Source: Ottowia sp. (lineage in GTDB: Bacteria; Pseudomonadota; Gammaproteobacteria; Burkholderiales; Burkholderiaceae_C). From it: a stretch of 64,000 nt of DNA. Shown piece after piece: positions 36,414-45,320 of the stretch (positions are counted from its first letter, which is position 1; every line of letters begins with the position of its first letter). The notes beneath the pieces are model-generated. The model saw nothing but the letters and a program-made list of their open reading frames with translations, was not told the origin of the DNA and searched no databases. Location of the stretch: the NCBI RefSeq assembly GCF_046348305.1, contig NZ_JAXMEM010000012.1:35618-99617 (forward strand), read 5' to 3'. The translations under genes and the position numbers were made by a program.

Positions 36414-37589
36414 TCAACACCCCAGCGCGCGATAGGCGTGGTGGCGCCACTCGAAGGTGTAGGGGTTGCCAAAGCCGTAGTAGCGCTGGGTCATCAGCAC
36501 GCCGGCGATGTTCAGGCGCGGGTTGATCCACCACACGGTGCCGGCCAGGCCGCCCCAGCTCACTTCGTCGGCCGCGCCGGGCGGATCGAACGCACCGGGC
36601 TGGGCCAGCACCGACGAGCCCAGGCCAAACACCCGCCCGGGGTTGGCCGGCATGTTGGGAAACTGCACGTACAGCCCCGGCGCGACCTGGTTGCGCATCA
36701 TCTGCGCGCGGGTGTCGGGCTTCAGCAGGCCGCCCTCGCCGGGCATCAGCGCCTGCACCAGGCGCACCGTGTCGTCCAGCGTGGACAGCAGCCCGCCGCC
36801 GCCGGTTTGCCGCAGCTTGGGGCTCATGTAGGCACCGGGGAAAGGCGCGGCGTCCATGCGCACCAGGCCCGGTTTGAGCGGGTCCATGAAGTCCACCCCG
36901 CCATACAGCGCGGCCAGGCGGGCTCGCTTGGCCTCGGGCGCCCAGAAGGCGGTATCAAGCATGCCCAGCGGGCCGCAGATGCGCGCCTGGAAGAACTCGC
37001 CCAGGCTTTGGCCCGACACCACCTCGATCACGCGGCCCAGCACGTCGGTGGCCAGCGAATACTCCCAGCGCTCGCCCGGCTGAAACGCCAGCGGCAGCGT
37101 GGCCAGCACGTCGATGAACTGCGCCTGGCTGAGCAGCGGGTTGTGCACCCCCGCTTCGCCATAGGCCTTGAACAGCAGGCTGCCGGGGTCAAACAGGCCG
37201 TAGGACAGGCCCGAGGTGTGCGTCATCAGGTGACGCAGCGTGATCGGCTGGCGCGCGGGCTCGACCTGGTCAATGGCGGTGGCGCCAGCGCGCAAGACGT
37301 GGCGATTGGCCAGCTGCGGCAGGTAGCGCTCCACCGGATCGTCCAGGCTCAGGCGGCCGTCCTCCAGCAGCAGCAGCACGGCGCAGGACGTCAGCAGCTT
37401 GGTGTTGGAGAACACGCGAAAGATGTGCTCCTCGCGCAGCGGCACGCCGGCCTCGACGTCGGCCTGGCCGCAGGCGAAGCGATCGACCACCTCGCGCCCG
37501 CGCAGCAGCACGCTGGAGGCGCCGGGCAAAAACTGGCGATCAACCTGCGACTGCAGGGCCGCGTGCAGGGCTTGAAAGGGGCTGCTCAT
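36414..37589 (-). CDS. Serine hydrolase (class C beta-lactamase/esterase fold)
   Basis: FSNTK SxxK, HLMTHTSG, PGERWEYS, WGGLAGT. Confidence 0.9.
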   Translation of the reverse strand: MSSPFQALHAALQSQVDRQFLPGASSVLLRGREVVDRFACGQADVEAGVPLREEHIFRVFSNTKLLTSCAVLLLLEDGRLSLDDPVERYLPQLANRHVLRAGATAIDQVEPARQPITLRHLMTHTSGLSYGLFDPGSLLFKAYGEAGVHNPLLSQAQFIDVLATLPLAFQPGERWEYSLATDVLGRVIEVVSGQSLGEFFQARICGPLGMLDTAFWAPEAKRARLAALYGGVDFMDPLKPGLVRMDAAPFPGAYMSPKLRQTGGGGLLSTLDDTVRLVQALMPGEGGLLKPDTRAQMMRNQVAPGLYVQFPNMPANPGRVFGLGSSVLAQPGAFDPPGAADEVSWGGLAGTVWWINPRLNIAGVLMTQRYYGFGNPYTFEWRHHAYRALGC

Positions 37590-37688
37590 GGGCGATGTCT
37601 CCGAAGGGGTTGCCTCGGCCGCATCGTAGCGGCGCGCGCCGACGCCCAGGCCGCGCCAGTCGCCTGCGCGACGCGCCCTACCGGCGCC

Positions 37689-38072
37689 CTACCAGCGCCC
37701 GGCCTGCATGCGGATGGCCACCGCGCAGTCATCGAAGATCTCCAGCTTGGTGATCTTCACGCGCACGCCCAGCACGCCGTGCAGGCCCAGCAGGCGCTCG
37801 CACAGCTTGCCGATCAGGCTCTCCAGCAGGTTCACGTGCTCGGCCGTGCATTCGTCGATGATGATCTGGCGCACCTTGCGGTAGTCCAGCACGTGGGTGA
37901 TGTCGTCGTCAGCGGGCTTGAGCGGCTGCGCGCCCAGGTTGAGCTCGGCATCCACCTGGATGGGCTGCGGGCGGCCTTTTTCATGGTCGAGGATGCCCAG
38001 GCTGGCGGCAAAGCGCAGGCCGCTGAGGTGCAGGCGTTGCTCGCCCAGCTCGGTTTGGGGGTTGACGCTCAT
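37689..38072 (-). CDS. Dihydroneopterin aldolase family protein
   Basis: LGILDHE..PQPIQVD, VLDYRKVR, HVNLLE, KLEIFDDC. Confidence 0.85.
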   Translation of the reverse strand: MSVNPQTELGEQRLHLSGLRFAASLGILDHEKGRPQPIQVDAELNLGAQPLKPADDDITHVLDYRKVRQIIIDECTAEHVNLLESLIGKLCERLLGLHGVLGVRVKITKLEIFDDCAVAIRMQAGRW

Positions 38073-38076
38073 CGAG

Positions 38077-38490
38077 TCACCAGGGTTTGACGGCCACGCG
38101 CTCGACACCCACCGAGGCGCTGTCGGCATACACGTCGGGCTTGCGCGTGGCCACGCGCGCGGCCTGCACCTCGGGGCGGCGCAGCACGGCGGCCAGCACG
38201 GCGTCGCACAGGGTTTCCTGCAACTCGTGGTGCTGCTGGCCGACGGCCTGGGCAATCACCTCGCGCACGAAGTCGTAGTCCAGCGTGTCGCGGATGTCGT
38301 CGCGCGCGGCCTCGGCGTGCACAAGACGCACGCACAGATCGACATCGAACCACAGGCGCTGCGGCGCACCGCGCTCGAAGTCGTGCACGCCGATGCGCAC
38401 CGCGCGCTCGTGTCGGCGCAGGCTGAGCAGGCGGCACTCCAGCGCCAGGCGCGCATCCAGCGCCGCGAAAGCCAGCAGCATGGAGTTCAT
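38077..38490 (-). CDS. folB: Dihydroneopterin aldolase family protein
   Basis: IGVHDFERGAPQRL, DTLDYDFVR, HHELQETLC, KPDVY. Confidence 0.82.
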   Translation of the reverse strand: MNSMLLAFAALDARLALECRLLSLRRHERAVRIGVHDFERGAPQRLWFDVDLCVRLVHAEAARDDIRDTLDYDFVREVIAQAVGQQHHELQETLCDAVLAAVLRRPEVQAARVATRKPDVYADSASVGVERVAVKPW

Positions 38491-39314
38491 GCGGCCGCCC
38501 CCTTCGCGCCGTCAATGGAGTACATGACATCGCGATCGAGCGCCACCAGATGCTGGCCGTTGTCGGCCTGCAGTGTGGTGCCGTTCAGGCTCACGTTCTC
38601 CGCGATGAACACGGCGCAGCGCGCCACATCCGCCGGGTCGATCGGCTGGTGCAGCAGGTTGACGCGGCTGGCGCGCTCGAAGTTGCTCTGCGTCTGCGGC
38701 CCGCTCAGGTACATCAGCCCGGGCGACAGGCCGCACACCCGAACCCAGGGTGCCAGCGCCTGCGCCTGCAGGGCCACGCTTTGGGCCAGCGCCAGCTTGC
38801 TCACGGTGTAGGAAAAATAGTCCGGATTGAGGTTGTGCACCTTCTGGTCCAGCACGTGCACCACGCTGTGCAGCCCCGCCGTCGGCTGGCCACCTTCGGC
38901 CAGCGCCCGCGCCAGCCCGTTGGCCAGCAGCAGGGGTGCGATGGTGTTGGTGGAAAAATGATCCAACAGGCCGTTGGCACTCGCCGACAGGGCGTCATCC
39001 GCTTCAAAAACAGAAGCATTGTTGACGATGCAGTGCGGCAGCGCGCCCGCCAGTGCGCGGCCCAGGTGCAGCACGGTCAAGCCCGCATCGGGCGCGCGCA
39101 AATCGGCCTGCAACAGGTGGCAGCGGCGGCCCATGCGCTCGATGTCGGCCTGCAGGGCGTGCGCCTCATCCTCCGAATGGCGATGGTGGGCCAGCACGTC
39201 CCAGCCGGCGCGCGCAAAGGCCAGGCTGATCTCGCGCCCCAGCCGGCGCGCCGCGCCGGTGACCAGCACGGTGCGCGTTGGGGATGGGCGAAGAGCAGCG
39301 GACACGGGCCGCAT
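38487..39314 (-). CDS. SDR oxidoreductase (pteridine reductase/FolM-like)
   Basis: LVTGAARRLGR, VNNASVF, YTVSK. Confidence 0.88.
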   Translation of the reverse strand: MRPVSAALRPSPTRTVLVTGAARRLGREISLAFARAGWDVLAHHRHSEDEAHALQADIERMGRRCHLLQADLRAPDAGLTVLHLGRALAGALPHCIVNNASVFEADDALSASANGLLDHFSTNTIAPLLLANGLARALAEGGQPTAGLHSVVHVLDQKVHNLNPDYFSYTVSKLALAQSVALQAQALAPWVRVCGLSPGLMYLSGPQTQSNFERASRVNLLHQPIDPADVARCAVFIAENVSLNGTTLQADNGQHLVALDRDVMYSIDGAKGAAA

Positions 39315-39347
39315 TGTGGCAAATCGGCGCCGCGGGCGGCTGCGCGC

Positions 39348-40532
39348 ATGGCGGACAATTCGCCCGTGTCTTCCACCGCCGCCTCACACGCCCCATCCGC
39401 CGAACTGGCCGCGCACATCGTCCACGCCATCCAGGCCGCCGGCGGCTGGCTGCCCTTTGACCGCTTCATGCAGCTGGCGCTGTACGCGCCGGGCCTGGGC
39501 TACTACGCCCATGGCTCGCGCAAGTTCGGCCAGCTGGCGCGCGACGGCAGCGACTTCGTGACCGCGCCCGAGCTTTCGCCGCTGTTTGGCCAGACGCTGG
39601 CCGGCGCCGTGGCCGAGGCCTTGCAGCACACCGGCACGGATGAGGTGTGGGAATTTGGCGCGGGCTCCGGCGCGCTGGCCGAGCAGGTGCTGGGCGAGCT
39701 GGCGCGGCGCGGCCAGTCGCTGCGCCGCTACACCATCGTCGATGTGTCGGGCGCTCTGCGCACGCGTCAGCAGCAGCGCCTGGCCGCGCACGGCGCCATC
39801 GTGCAATGGGCCGACTCCCTGCCCGAGACCATGACCGGCGTGGTGCTGGGCAACGAGGTGCTGGACGCCATGCCGGTCAAGCTGCTGGCGCGGGTGGACG
39901 GGACGTGGCACGAGCGGGGCGTGGTCTGCAAGCCAAATCGGCCGCTGACGCCCAATGGACGAGCGCAAGCAGCTATCAATTCAGAAGCATTCGCATGGCA
40001 TGACCAGCCCACCGCGCTGCGCCCGCCGGTGGAGATCGACGGCGAGCACGACTGCGTGACCGAGATCCATCCCCAGGCCGAGGCCTTCGTGCGCACCCTG
40101 GCCGAGCGCCTGCTGCGCGGCGGCCGCGGCGCGGCGTTTTTCATCGACTACGGCTTTCCGGAGGCCGAGTACTACCACCCGCAGCGCCACATGGGCACCC
40201 TGGCCTGCCACCGCGCGCACCGCATGGACGACGAGCCGCTGGCGGACGTGGGCGAGAAGGACATCACCGCCCACGTCAACTTCACCGGCATCGCCCTGGC
40301 CGCGCAGGACGCGGGCCTGTCGGTGCTGGGCTACACCAGCCAGGGGCGCTTTCTGTTCAACGGCGGCCTGGCCGAGCGCATGGCCGCGCTGCCGCTCATC
40401 GAGCGCGCGCCCGCGATGAAGCTGCTGGCCGAGCACGAAATGGGCGAGCTGTTCAAGGTCATCGGCCTGGCCGTGGGCGAAGGCTGGGCCGCGCAAGGGT
40501 TTGCGACGGGCGACCGCACGCACCGGCTGTGA
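39348..40532 (+). CDS. SAM-dependent methyltransferase (NDUFAF7/MidA family)
   Basis: FDRFMQLALYAPGLGYY, DFVTAPE, EFGAGSG, NEVLDAMP, IDYGF, DITAHVNF. Confidence 0.92.
   Translation: MADNSPVSSTAASHAPSAELAAHIVHAIQAAGGWLPFDRFMQLALYAPGLGYYAHGSRKFGQLARDGSDFVTAPELSPLFGQTLAGAVAEALQHTGTDEVWEFGAGSGALAEQVLGELARRGQSLRRYTIVDVSGALRTRQQQRLAAHGAIVQWADSLPETMTGVVLGNEVLDAMPVKLLARVDGTWHERGVVCKPNRPLTPNGRAQAAINSEAFAWHDQPTALRPPVEIDGEHDCVTEIHPQAEAFVRTLAERLLRGGRGAAFFIDYGFPEAEYYHPQRHMGTLACHRAHRMDDEPLADVGEKDITAHVNFTGIALAAQDAGLSVLGYTSQGRFLFNGGLAERMAALPLIERAPAMKLLAEHEMGELFKVIGLAVGEGWAAQGFATGDRTHRL
39928..39988. repeat. Repeat family A, copy in frame inside the methyltransferase
   Basis: GCAAGCCAAATCGGCCGCTGACGCCCAATGGACGAGCGCAAGCAGCTATCAATTCAGAAGC. 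Confidence 0.85.
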
Positions 40533-40626
40533 GCGCCGCAAACGCCCGCGCGCGCCCGGCTTGGTTCCCTCGCCCATTGGGGCAGCGGGTTGGGGTGAAG
40601 GGTTGGGGGGAATGTGCGGTCTTGCT

Positions 40627-41447
40627 CCCTCGCCCCTCTGGGGAGAGGGTTGGGGTGAGGGGCCGCTGGCGTTGGAGTTGTTGGCCGTTGATTGCTTGCT
40701 CTGTTGTTCTGCGTGCTCCTGTTGGCCGGGATATGCGCCCGGCAGCGCACCTCCTTTTCTTGTACGCACAAGAAAAGGAGGCAAAAGAAAGCGCCCCCAC
40801 GTCTGCGACCCCTGCGCTTCGCTACGGGGCAAACCTGCGCCGCAACGCTTGCGGGGTGCGCCGCAGAACTCGCTGCGTTCACTTCGTTCACTGCGCTCAA
40901 ACAACCGCGGCGAGTCAGTCCACGAAGCGCGTGCATGCTGCGCTGCACGCGCCACCCCGCAAGCGCCGCGCCGCAGGCGCAGCCTCAAGGGGGAGGGAAA
41001 ACCATTCGGGCCATCGCTGCGCTCGGCCCCAGGTTTGGCTGTTGGCGGGGCCGAGCGCAGCGATGGCCCGGGTTGGAGTTGAACTCCCCTCTGGCCGTGC
41101 CGAGAAGCGCAGGGCGTGGGGCGGGCATGGGCAACGCAGTATGCCCATGCATCGTGATCTGACTTGCTGCGGTTGTTTGAGCGGCGTGAGCGCAGCGAAC
41201 AAAGCGAGTTCCGCAGCACCGCCCCGCGCGCGAGCATCGCAGGCTGCCCGCAGCGAAGCGAAGGGACACGGCCAGTGGGGTCGCCTTTCTTTGGTTCCTT
41301 TCTTTGGCGAAGCAAAGAAAGGGACTGCGCCGCCGGGCGCACATCCCGGCCAGCGAGCGCATGCAGCACCGACTCAAAATCAAACTTCAGCAAACTACTC
41401 CAACGCTGCAGCCCCTCACCCCAGCCCTCTCCCCAAAGGGGCGAGGG
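40627..41447. repeat. ~820-bp imperfect giant palindrome (two diverged ~410-bp units head-to-head)
   Basis: Arms align end to centre; perfect 24-bp central stem 41007-41030/41047-41070; terminal CCCTCGCCCCT..GGGGAGAGGG.TGGGGTGAGGGG motifs. Confidence 0.85.
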
Positions 41448-41480
41448 GCAAGACCGCACTGAAGTGCTGAGGAACCTTCC

Positions 41481-41675
41481 ATGATCCGCTGGCTGATCGT
41501 CGTCTTCCTGGCCCTGGTGCTGATCAATGGCCTGGCGCCCTTCCTGCGCAAGTTCGGCCTGGGACGGCTGCCGGGCGACTTTCACTTTCGGCTGTTCGGA
41601 CGTGAGTGGTTCATCCCGCTGGCCAGCACCGTGCTGCTGAGCCTGCTGGCCAGCCTGATCGCCCGCTGGTTGTAG
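41481..41675 (+). CDS. DUF2905-like small membrane protein
   Basis: LGRLPGDF...FIPLASTVLLSLL. Confidence 0.85.
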   Translation: MIRWLIVVFLALVLINGLAPFLRKFGLGRLPGDFHFRLFGREWFIPLASTVLLSLLASLIARWL

Positions 41676-43274
41676 CTACAGCATTTCGTCGGGCGCCAGC
41701 GGGCTCAGCAGATCGGCCAGCAGGCGCAGCCACACGCTGGTGTCGGGCTCGTGGTCGGAGTCGCTGAAATCCGCGCCGGGCGGGGCCAGCCAGCGCAGCC
41801 GACCTTCGGGCGTCAGCACCACGCGCCAGGCGCCGACGGCGAGACCGGCCCGCAAGCGCTCCGCCGCCTGGCGCGCCAGCTCGGGGCTGTGGATCACCAA
41901 TGCGACCTCGGAGTTCTGCAGCAGCGAGCGCTGGTCCAGGTTCATCGAGCCGACGCTGATCACGCGCTCGTCGACGATGACCAGCTTGGCATGCAGGCTG
42001 GCGCGCGAGCCGCGGCCGCTCGAGCCCCCCGCGGCCGAGCCGAGCACCGCCCGGGTCAGCCGCGCGGGTTCCAGCGCGCGCATCTCGTACAGCTCGACGC
42101 CCAGGTGCAGCATCTGCTTGCGGTGGCGCGCGTAGCCGACCTGGGCCAGCAGTGCGTCGGTGGAGGCCAGCGAGTTGGTAAACACCAGCACCCGAACGCC
42201 GCGCTGAAGCATGCGGGCAAATTGCTCGATCATGTCGGCGCCGGGCACGAAATACGGCGAGACGATCAGCACCTCGTTGAGCGCGCGCTGCATCAGGCCG
42301 AGCATGTCGCCCACCACGCTGGGGTCGCTCTGCTCGTCGTGCCCTGGCACCAGCTTGAAGGGGCTGTCGGCGCGCAAAACGGCAGGTGCCCACACCAGCC
42401 GCAGCGCGACCAGATCCATCGGCGGGGGCGGCGGGGGCGTGTTGCCCGGGGCCGGCAGATCGCTGGCGTCCGGCTGGGTGGTCGCGCCCAAGCGGGCCAG
42501 CTCTTCGGGCGTGATGAGCGTCTCGACCGGATAGGCCAGAGGGTTGTTCCAGTAGCGGTCGAAGCTGGCCGACATGTCCTGCACCACGGGGCCGGCGGCC
42601 AGCACGTCCAGGTCGACGAAATTGCTGCCGCTGGCGATGCCGAAATATGCATCGCCCAAATTGCGCCCGCCAGTGACGCCCCAGGCGTTGTCGGCGATGA
42701 ACAGCTTGTTGTGCATGCGATGCTGGATGCGCTGGAAGTCGTGCAACGAGCCCAGCGCGCGCAGCATGCCCAGACCGCGATCGCCGGGCAGCGGGTTGAA
42801 CATGCGCATCTGCACGCCGGGCACGCTGGCCATGCGCATCACCAGCGCGTTGTGGCCCGCGCTGTTGAAGTCATCCAGCAGGATGCGCACGCGCACGCCG
42901 CGCCGTGCGGCCGTGCGCACGGCGCGCAGCAGCTCGGCCGCGCTGGGGTCGGCGTGGATGGCGTAATACTGGATGTCGAGCGTGCGCGTCGCCTGTTGCG
43001 TCAGCGCCAGGCGGGTCGCAAAGGCGTCCCTGGACGAGGCGATCAGCGCGAAGCCCGACACGTCCGGCCGCACGGCCTCGGGTCGCCGCTGGCTGACGAG
43101 TTGCCCCAGCGGCGTCGCCCCGGGTTGGGCCAGCGCGTGCGACACCGGGCGCTGCACGTCGGTGGGCAGGCTGGCGCAGCCGGATAGCAGCCCGATGAGC
43201 ACGCCAAGCCCCGCCAGCCGACCGCGCCACAGCGCCGCAGCGCCTGGCGCGAGACCGGCGCCCGATCGATGCAT
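41676..43274 (-). CDS. Phospholipase D family lipoprotein (ClsC-like)
   Basis: Lipobox LLSGC; two HKD motifs RMHNKLFIADN and SLHAKLVIVDE. Confidence 0.92.
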   Translation of the reverse strand: MHRSGAGLAPGAAALWRGRLAGLGVLIGLLSGCASLPTDVQRPVSHALAQPGATPLGQLVSQRRPEAVRPDVSGFALIASSRDAFATRLALTQQATRTLDIQYYAIHADPSAAELLRAVRTAARRGVRVRILLDDFNSAGHNALVMRMASVPGVQMRMFNPLPGDRGLGMLRALGSLHDFQRIQHRMHNKLFIADNAWGVTGGRNLGDAYFGIASGSNFVDLDVLAAGPVVQDMSASFDRYWNNPLAYPVETLITPEELARLGATTQPDASDLPAPGNTPPPPPPMDLVALRLVWAPAVLRADSPFKLVPGHDEQSDPSVVGDMLGLMQRALNEVLIVSPYFVPGADMIEQFARMLQRGVRVLVFTNSLASTDALLAQVGYARHRKQMLHLGVELYEMRALEPARLTRAVLGSAAGGSSGRGSRASLHAKLVIVDERVISVGSMNLDQRSLLQNSEVALVIHSPELARQAAERLRAGLAVGAWRVVLTPEGRLRWLAPPGADFSDSDHEPDTSVWLRLLADLLSPLAPDEML

Positions 43275-43350
43275 GAATGCCCACACGCTCTGGATTGGCC
43301 GGATCATCGGCCATGATAAACACGCGGCCCGTTCGGCAGGCAGCGGCCCT

Positions 43351-44505
43351 TCAGCTTTGCATCAGGCGCCGCGCCTTGGCGATCGACATCAGCATGCCCA
43401 GCGCCAGCCCCAGCGTCACCATGGCCGTGCCGCCATAGCTGATGAAGGGCAGCGGCACGCCGACCACGGGCAGGATGCCGCTGACCATGCCCATGTTGAC
43501 GAAGGCATAGGCAAAAAAGATGGTGGCCAGGCTGGCCGCCAGCAGGCGCGCGAACAGGGTCGGGCCGTCGGCGGCGATCATCAGGCTGCGCGCGATCAGG
43601 AAGATGAAGCCGGCAATCACCGCCAGGTTGCCCACCAGGCCGAATTCCTCGGAATAGGCAGCAAAGATGAAGTCGGTGGTGCGCTCGGGGATGAACTCCA
43701 GGTGCGTCTGCGTGCCCTGCATGAAACCCTTGCCCCACAGCCCGCCCGAGCCGATGGCGATCATGCCCTGCAGGATGTGAAAGCCCTTGCCCAGCGGGTC
43801 GCGCGTGGGGTCCAGCAGGGTGCACACGCGCTGGCGCTGGTATTCGTGCAGCACCACCCAGTCCATGCCGTCGGCGCACAGCTCGGGCTCGAAGGCCAGG
43901 ATCAGCGCCACGCCGACGGCGGCGATCAGCACCGGCGGCAGCACCAGCTTCCAGGGCAGGCCGGCAAAGAAGATCACGGCCAGGCCGGCGGCCAGCACCA
44001 GCATGGCCGTGCCCAGGTCCGGCTGCTTGACGATCAGCCCCACCGGCACCGCCAGCAGCGCAAAGGCCACGGCAAAGTCCAGCGGGCGGGTTTGCCCTTC
44101 TCGGCGGTGAAACCACCAGGCCAGCATCAGCGGCGTGGCGATCTTCAGGAGCTCGCTGGGCTGGATCACCACGCCCAGGTTGATCCAGCGCTGCGCCCCC
44201 TTCTTGCTGATGCCGAACAGGGCGACGGCCACCAACAGCGCCACGCCCAGCGCGTAAACCGGCACGGCCAGTTGCATCAGCTGGCGCGGCGGCACCTGGG
44301 CCACCACGAACATGATGCCGGCGGCAATCAGCATGTTGCGCCCGTGGTCCACAAAACGCGTGCCGTGGTCGAACCCCGACGAGTACATGGCCAGCAGGCC
44401 CAGCCCGGCCAGCACCACGACAGCGGCCAGCAGCAACCAGTCGAAACCGCGCAACATCGGCGCCACCCGCTGCCACAGCGAGGGCTTGTCAAATACAACC
44501 GCCAT
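43351..44505 (-). CDS. rodA: Rod shape-determining SEDS protein RodA
   Basis: GAQRWI, QPSE, KQPDLGT, GYHI/GFHILQGMIAIGSGG, PERTTDFIFAAYSEEFG, LPFISYGG. Confidence 0.95.
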   Translation of the reverse strand: MAVVFDKPSLWQRVAPMLRGFDWLLLAAVVVLAGLGLLAMYSSGFDHGTRFVDHGRNMLIAAGIMFVVAQVPPRQLMQLAVPVYALGVALLVAVALFGISKKGAQRWINLGVVIQPSELLKIATPLMLAWWFHRREGQTRPLDFAVAFALLAVPVGLIVKQPDLGTAMLVLAAGLAVIFFAGLPWKLVLPPVLIAAVGVALILAFEPELCADGMDWVVLHEYQRQRVCTLLDPTRDPLGKGFHILQGMIAIGSGGLWGKGFMQGTQTHLEFIPERTTDFIFAAYSEEFGLVGNLAVIAGFIFLIARSLMIAADGPTLFARLLAASLATIFFAYAFVNMGMVSGILPVVGVPLPFISYGGTAMVTLGLALGMLMSIAKARRLMQS

Positions 44506-44544
44506 GGGCCGAATTATCCCGCGCGATCACCGTAGCATCGCGCC

Positions 44545-45144
44545 ATGACCACCACCCACCTGCTCTACCTGCACGGCTTTCGCTCCTCGCCCCAGTCCAA
44601 CAAGGCGCGACAGATGGCGGCGCGCGTGCAGGCCGAGCACCCCACCGTGCACTGGTGGTGTCCGCAACTGCCGCCCTCGCCCCGCGCCGCCGCGGCGCTG
44701 ATCGATGAGGGCACTGCCGACTGGCCGGCTGAGTACATGGCCGTCGTCGGCTCTTCGCTGGGCGGCTACTACGCCAGCTGGCTGGCCGAGCGGCGCGGCT
44801 GCCGCGCGGTGCTGCTCAACCCCGCCGTCGATCCGGCGCGCGACCTGGCCGCGCACGTCGGCGAGCAGAGCGCCTGGCACGACCCGGCGGCGAATTTCTT
44901 CTTTCGCGCCGAATACATCGAGGAGCTGCGCGCCCTGCGCGCCGGGCCGCTCGCCGACCCGAGCCGCATCCTGGCCGTCATCGCCAAGGGCGACGAAGTG
45001 CTCGCCTGGCGCGAAATGGTCGTGCGCTACGCCGGTGCGCATATCCGGCTGCTGGAGGGGGGCGATCATGCGCTGTCGGACTTTCCGGCGCTGATCGACG
45101 AGGTGATTGAATTCCTGCATCTCGCCCGGGATCAACAGTCCTGA
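44545..45144 (+). CDS. YqiA/YcfP-family esterase
   Basis: LYLHGFRSSPQS, VGSSLGGYYA, LLNPAV, GGDH. Confidence 0.92.
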   Translation: MTTTHLLYLHGFRSSPQSNKARQMAARVQAEHPTVHWWCPQLPPSPRAAAALIDEGTADWPAEYMAVVGSSLGGYYASWLAERRGCRAVLLNPAVDPARDLAAHVGEQSAWHDPAANFFFRAEYIEELRALRAGPLADPSRILAVIAKGDEVLAWREMVVRYAGAHIRLLEGGDHALSDFPALIDEVIEFLHLARDQQS

Positions 45145-45197
45145 TTTGATAGCTGTTTGCGCTTGCTGAGCCTGCGCAAACACCTGATTTCATTCAT
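45141..45197. repeat. Repeat family A, intergenic copy
   Basis: TTGATAGCTGTTTGCGC...GCGCAAA hairpin overlapping the yqiA-like stop. Confidence 0.75.
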
Positions 45198-45320
45198 AAA
45201 CCGCCGCCGGACGGCCGCAGCGCCGCGCCGCGTGCCCGCTCACCGGCCCGCTCACCGGCCTGTTTTGTGCTCCCCCAGACAGCGCACCCACCGCCGTTGA
45301 TGGGACAATCCATCCCCTCC

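Noticed and set aside
36414-37589. Beta-lactam resistance gene (also MBL at 7075-8208)
   Set aside because: No signal peptide on the serine hydrolase and the MBL matches the NAPE-PLD-like subgroup; fold alone does not imply resistance.
39981-41585. Multiple overlapping ORFs across the giant palindrome
   Set aside because: Low-complexity PSPQPSP/RSLRS translations on both strands are by-products of the repeat; no RBS or family motif.
43351-44505. rodA separated from mrdA/mreBCD; rpoC not followed by rpsL
   Set aside because: Gene-order differences from E. coli are common in Burkholderiales and no mobile signature is visible at these junctions.
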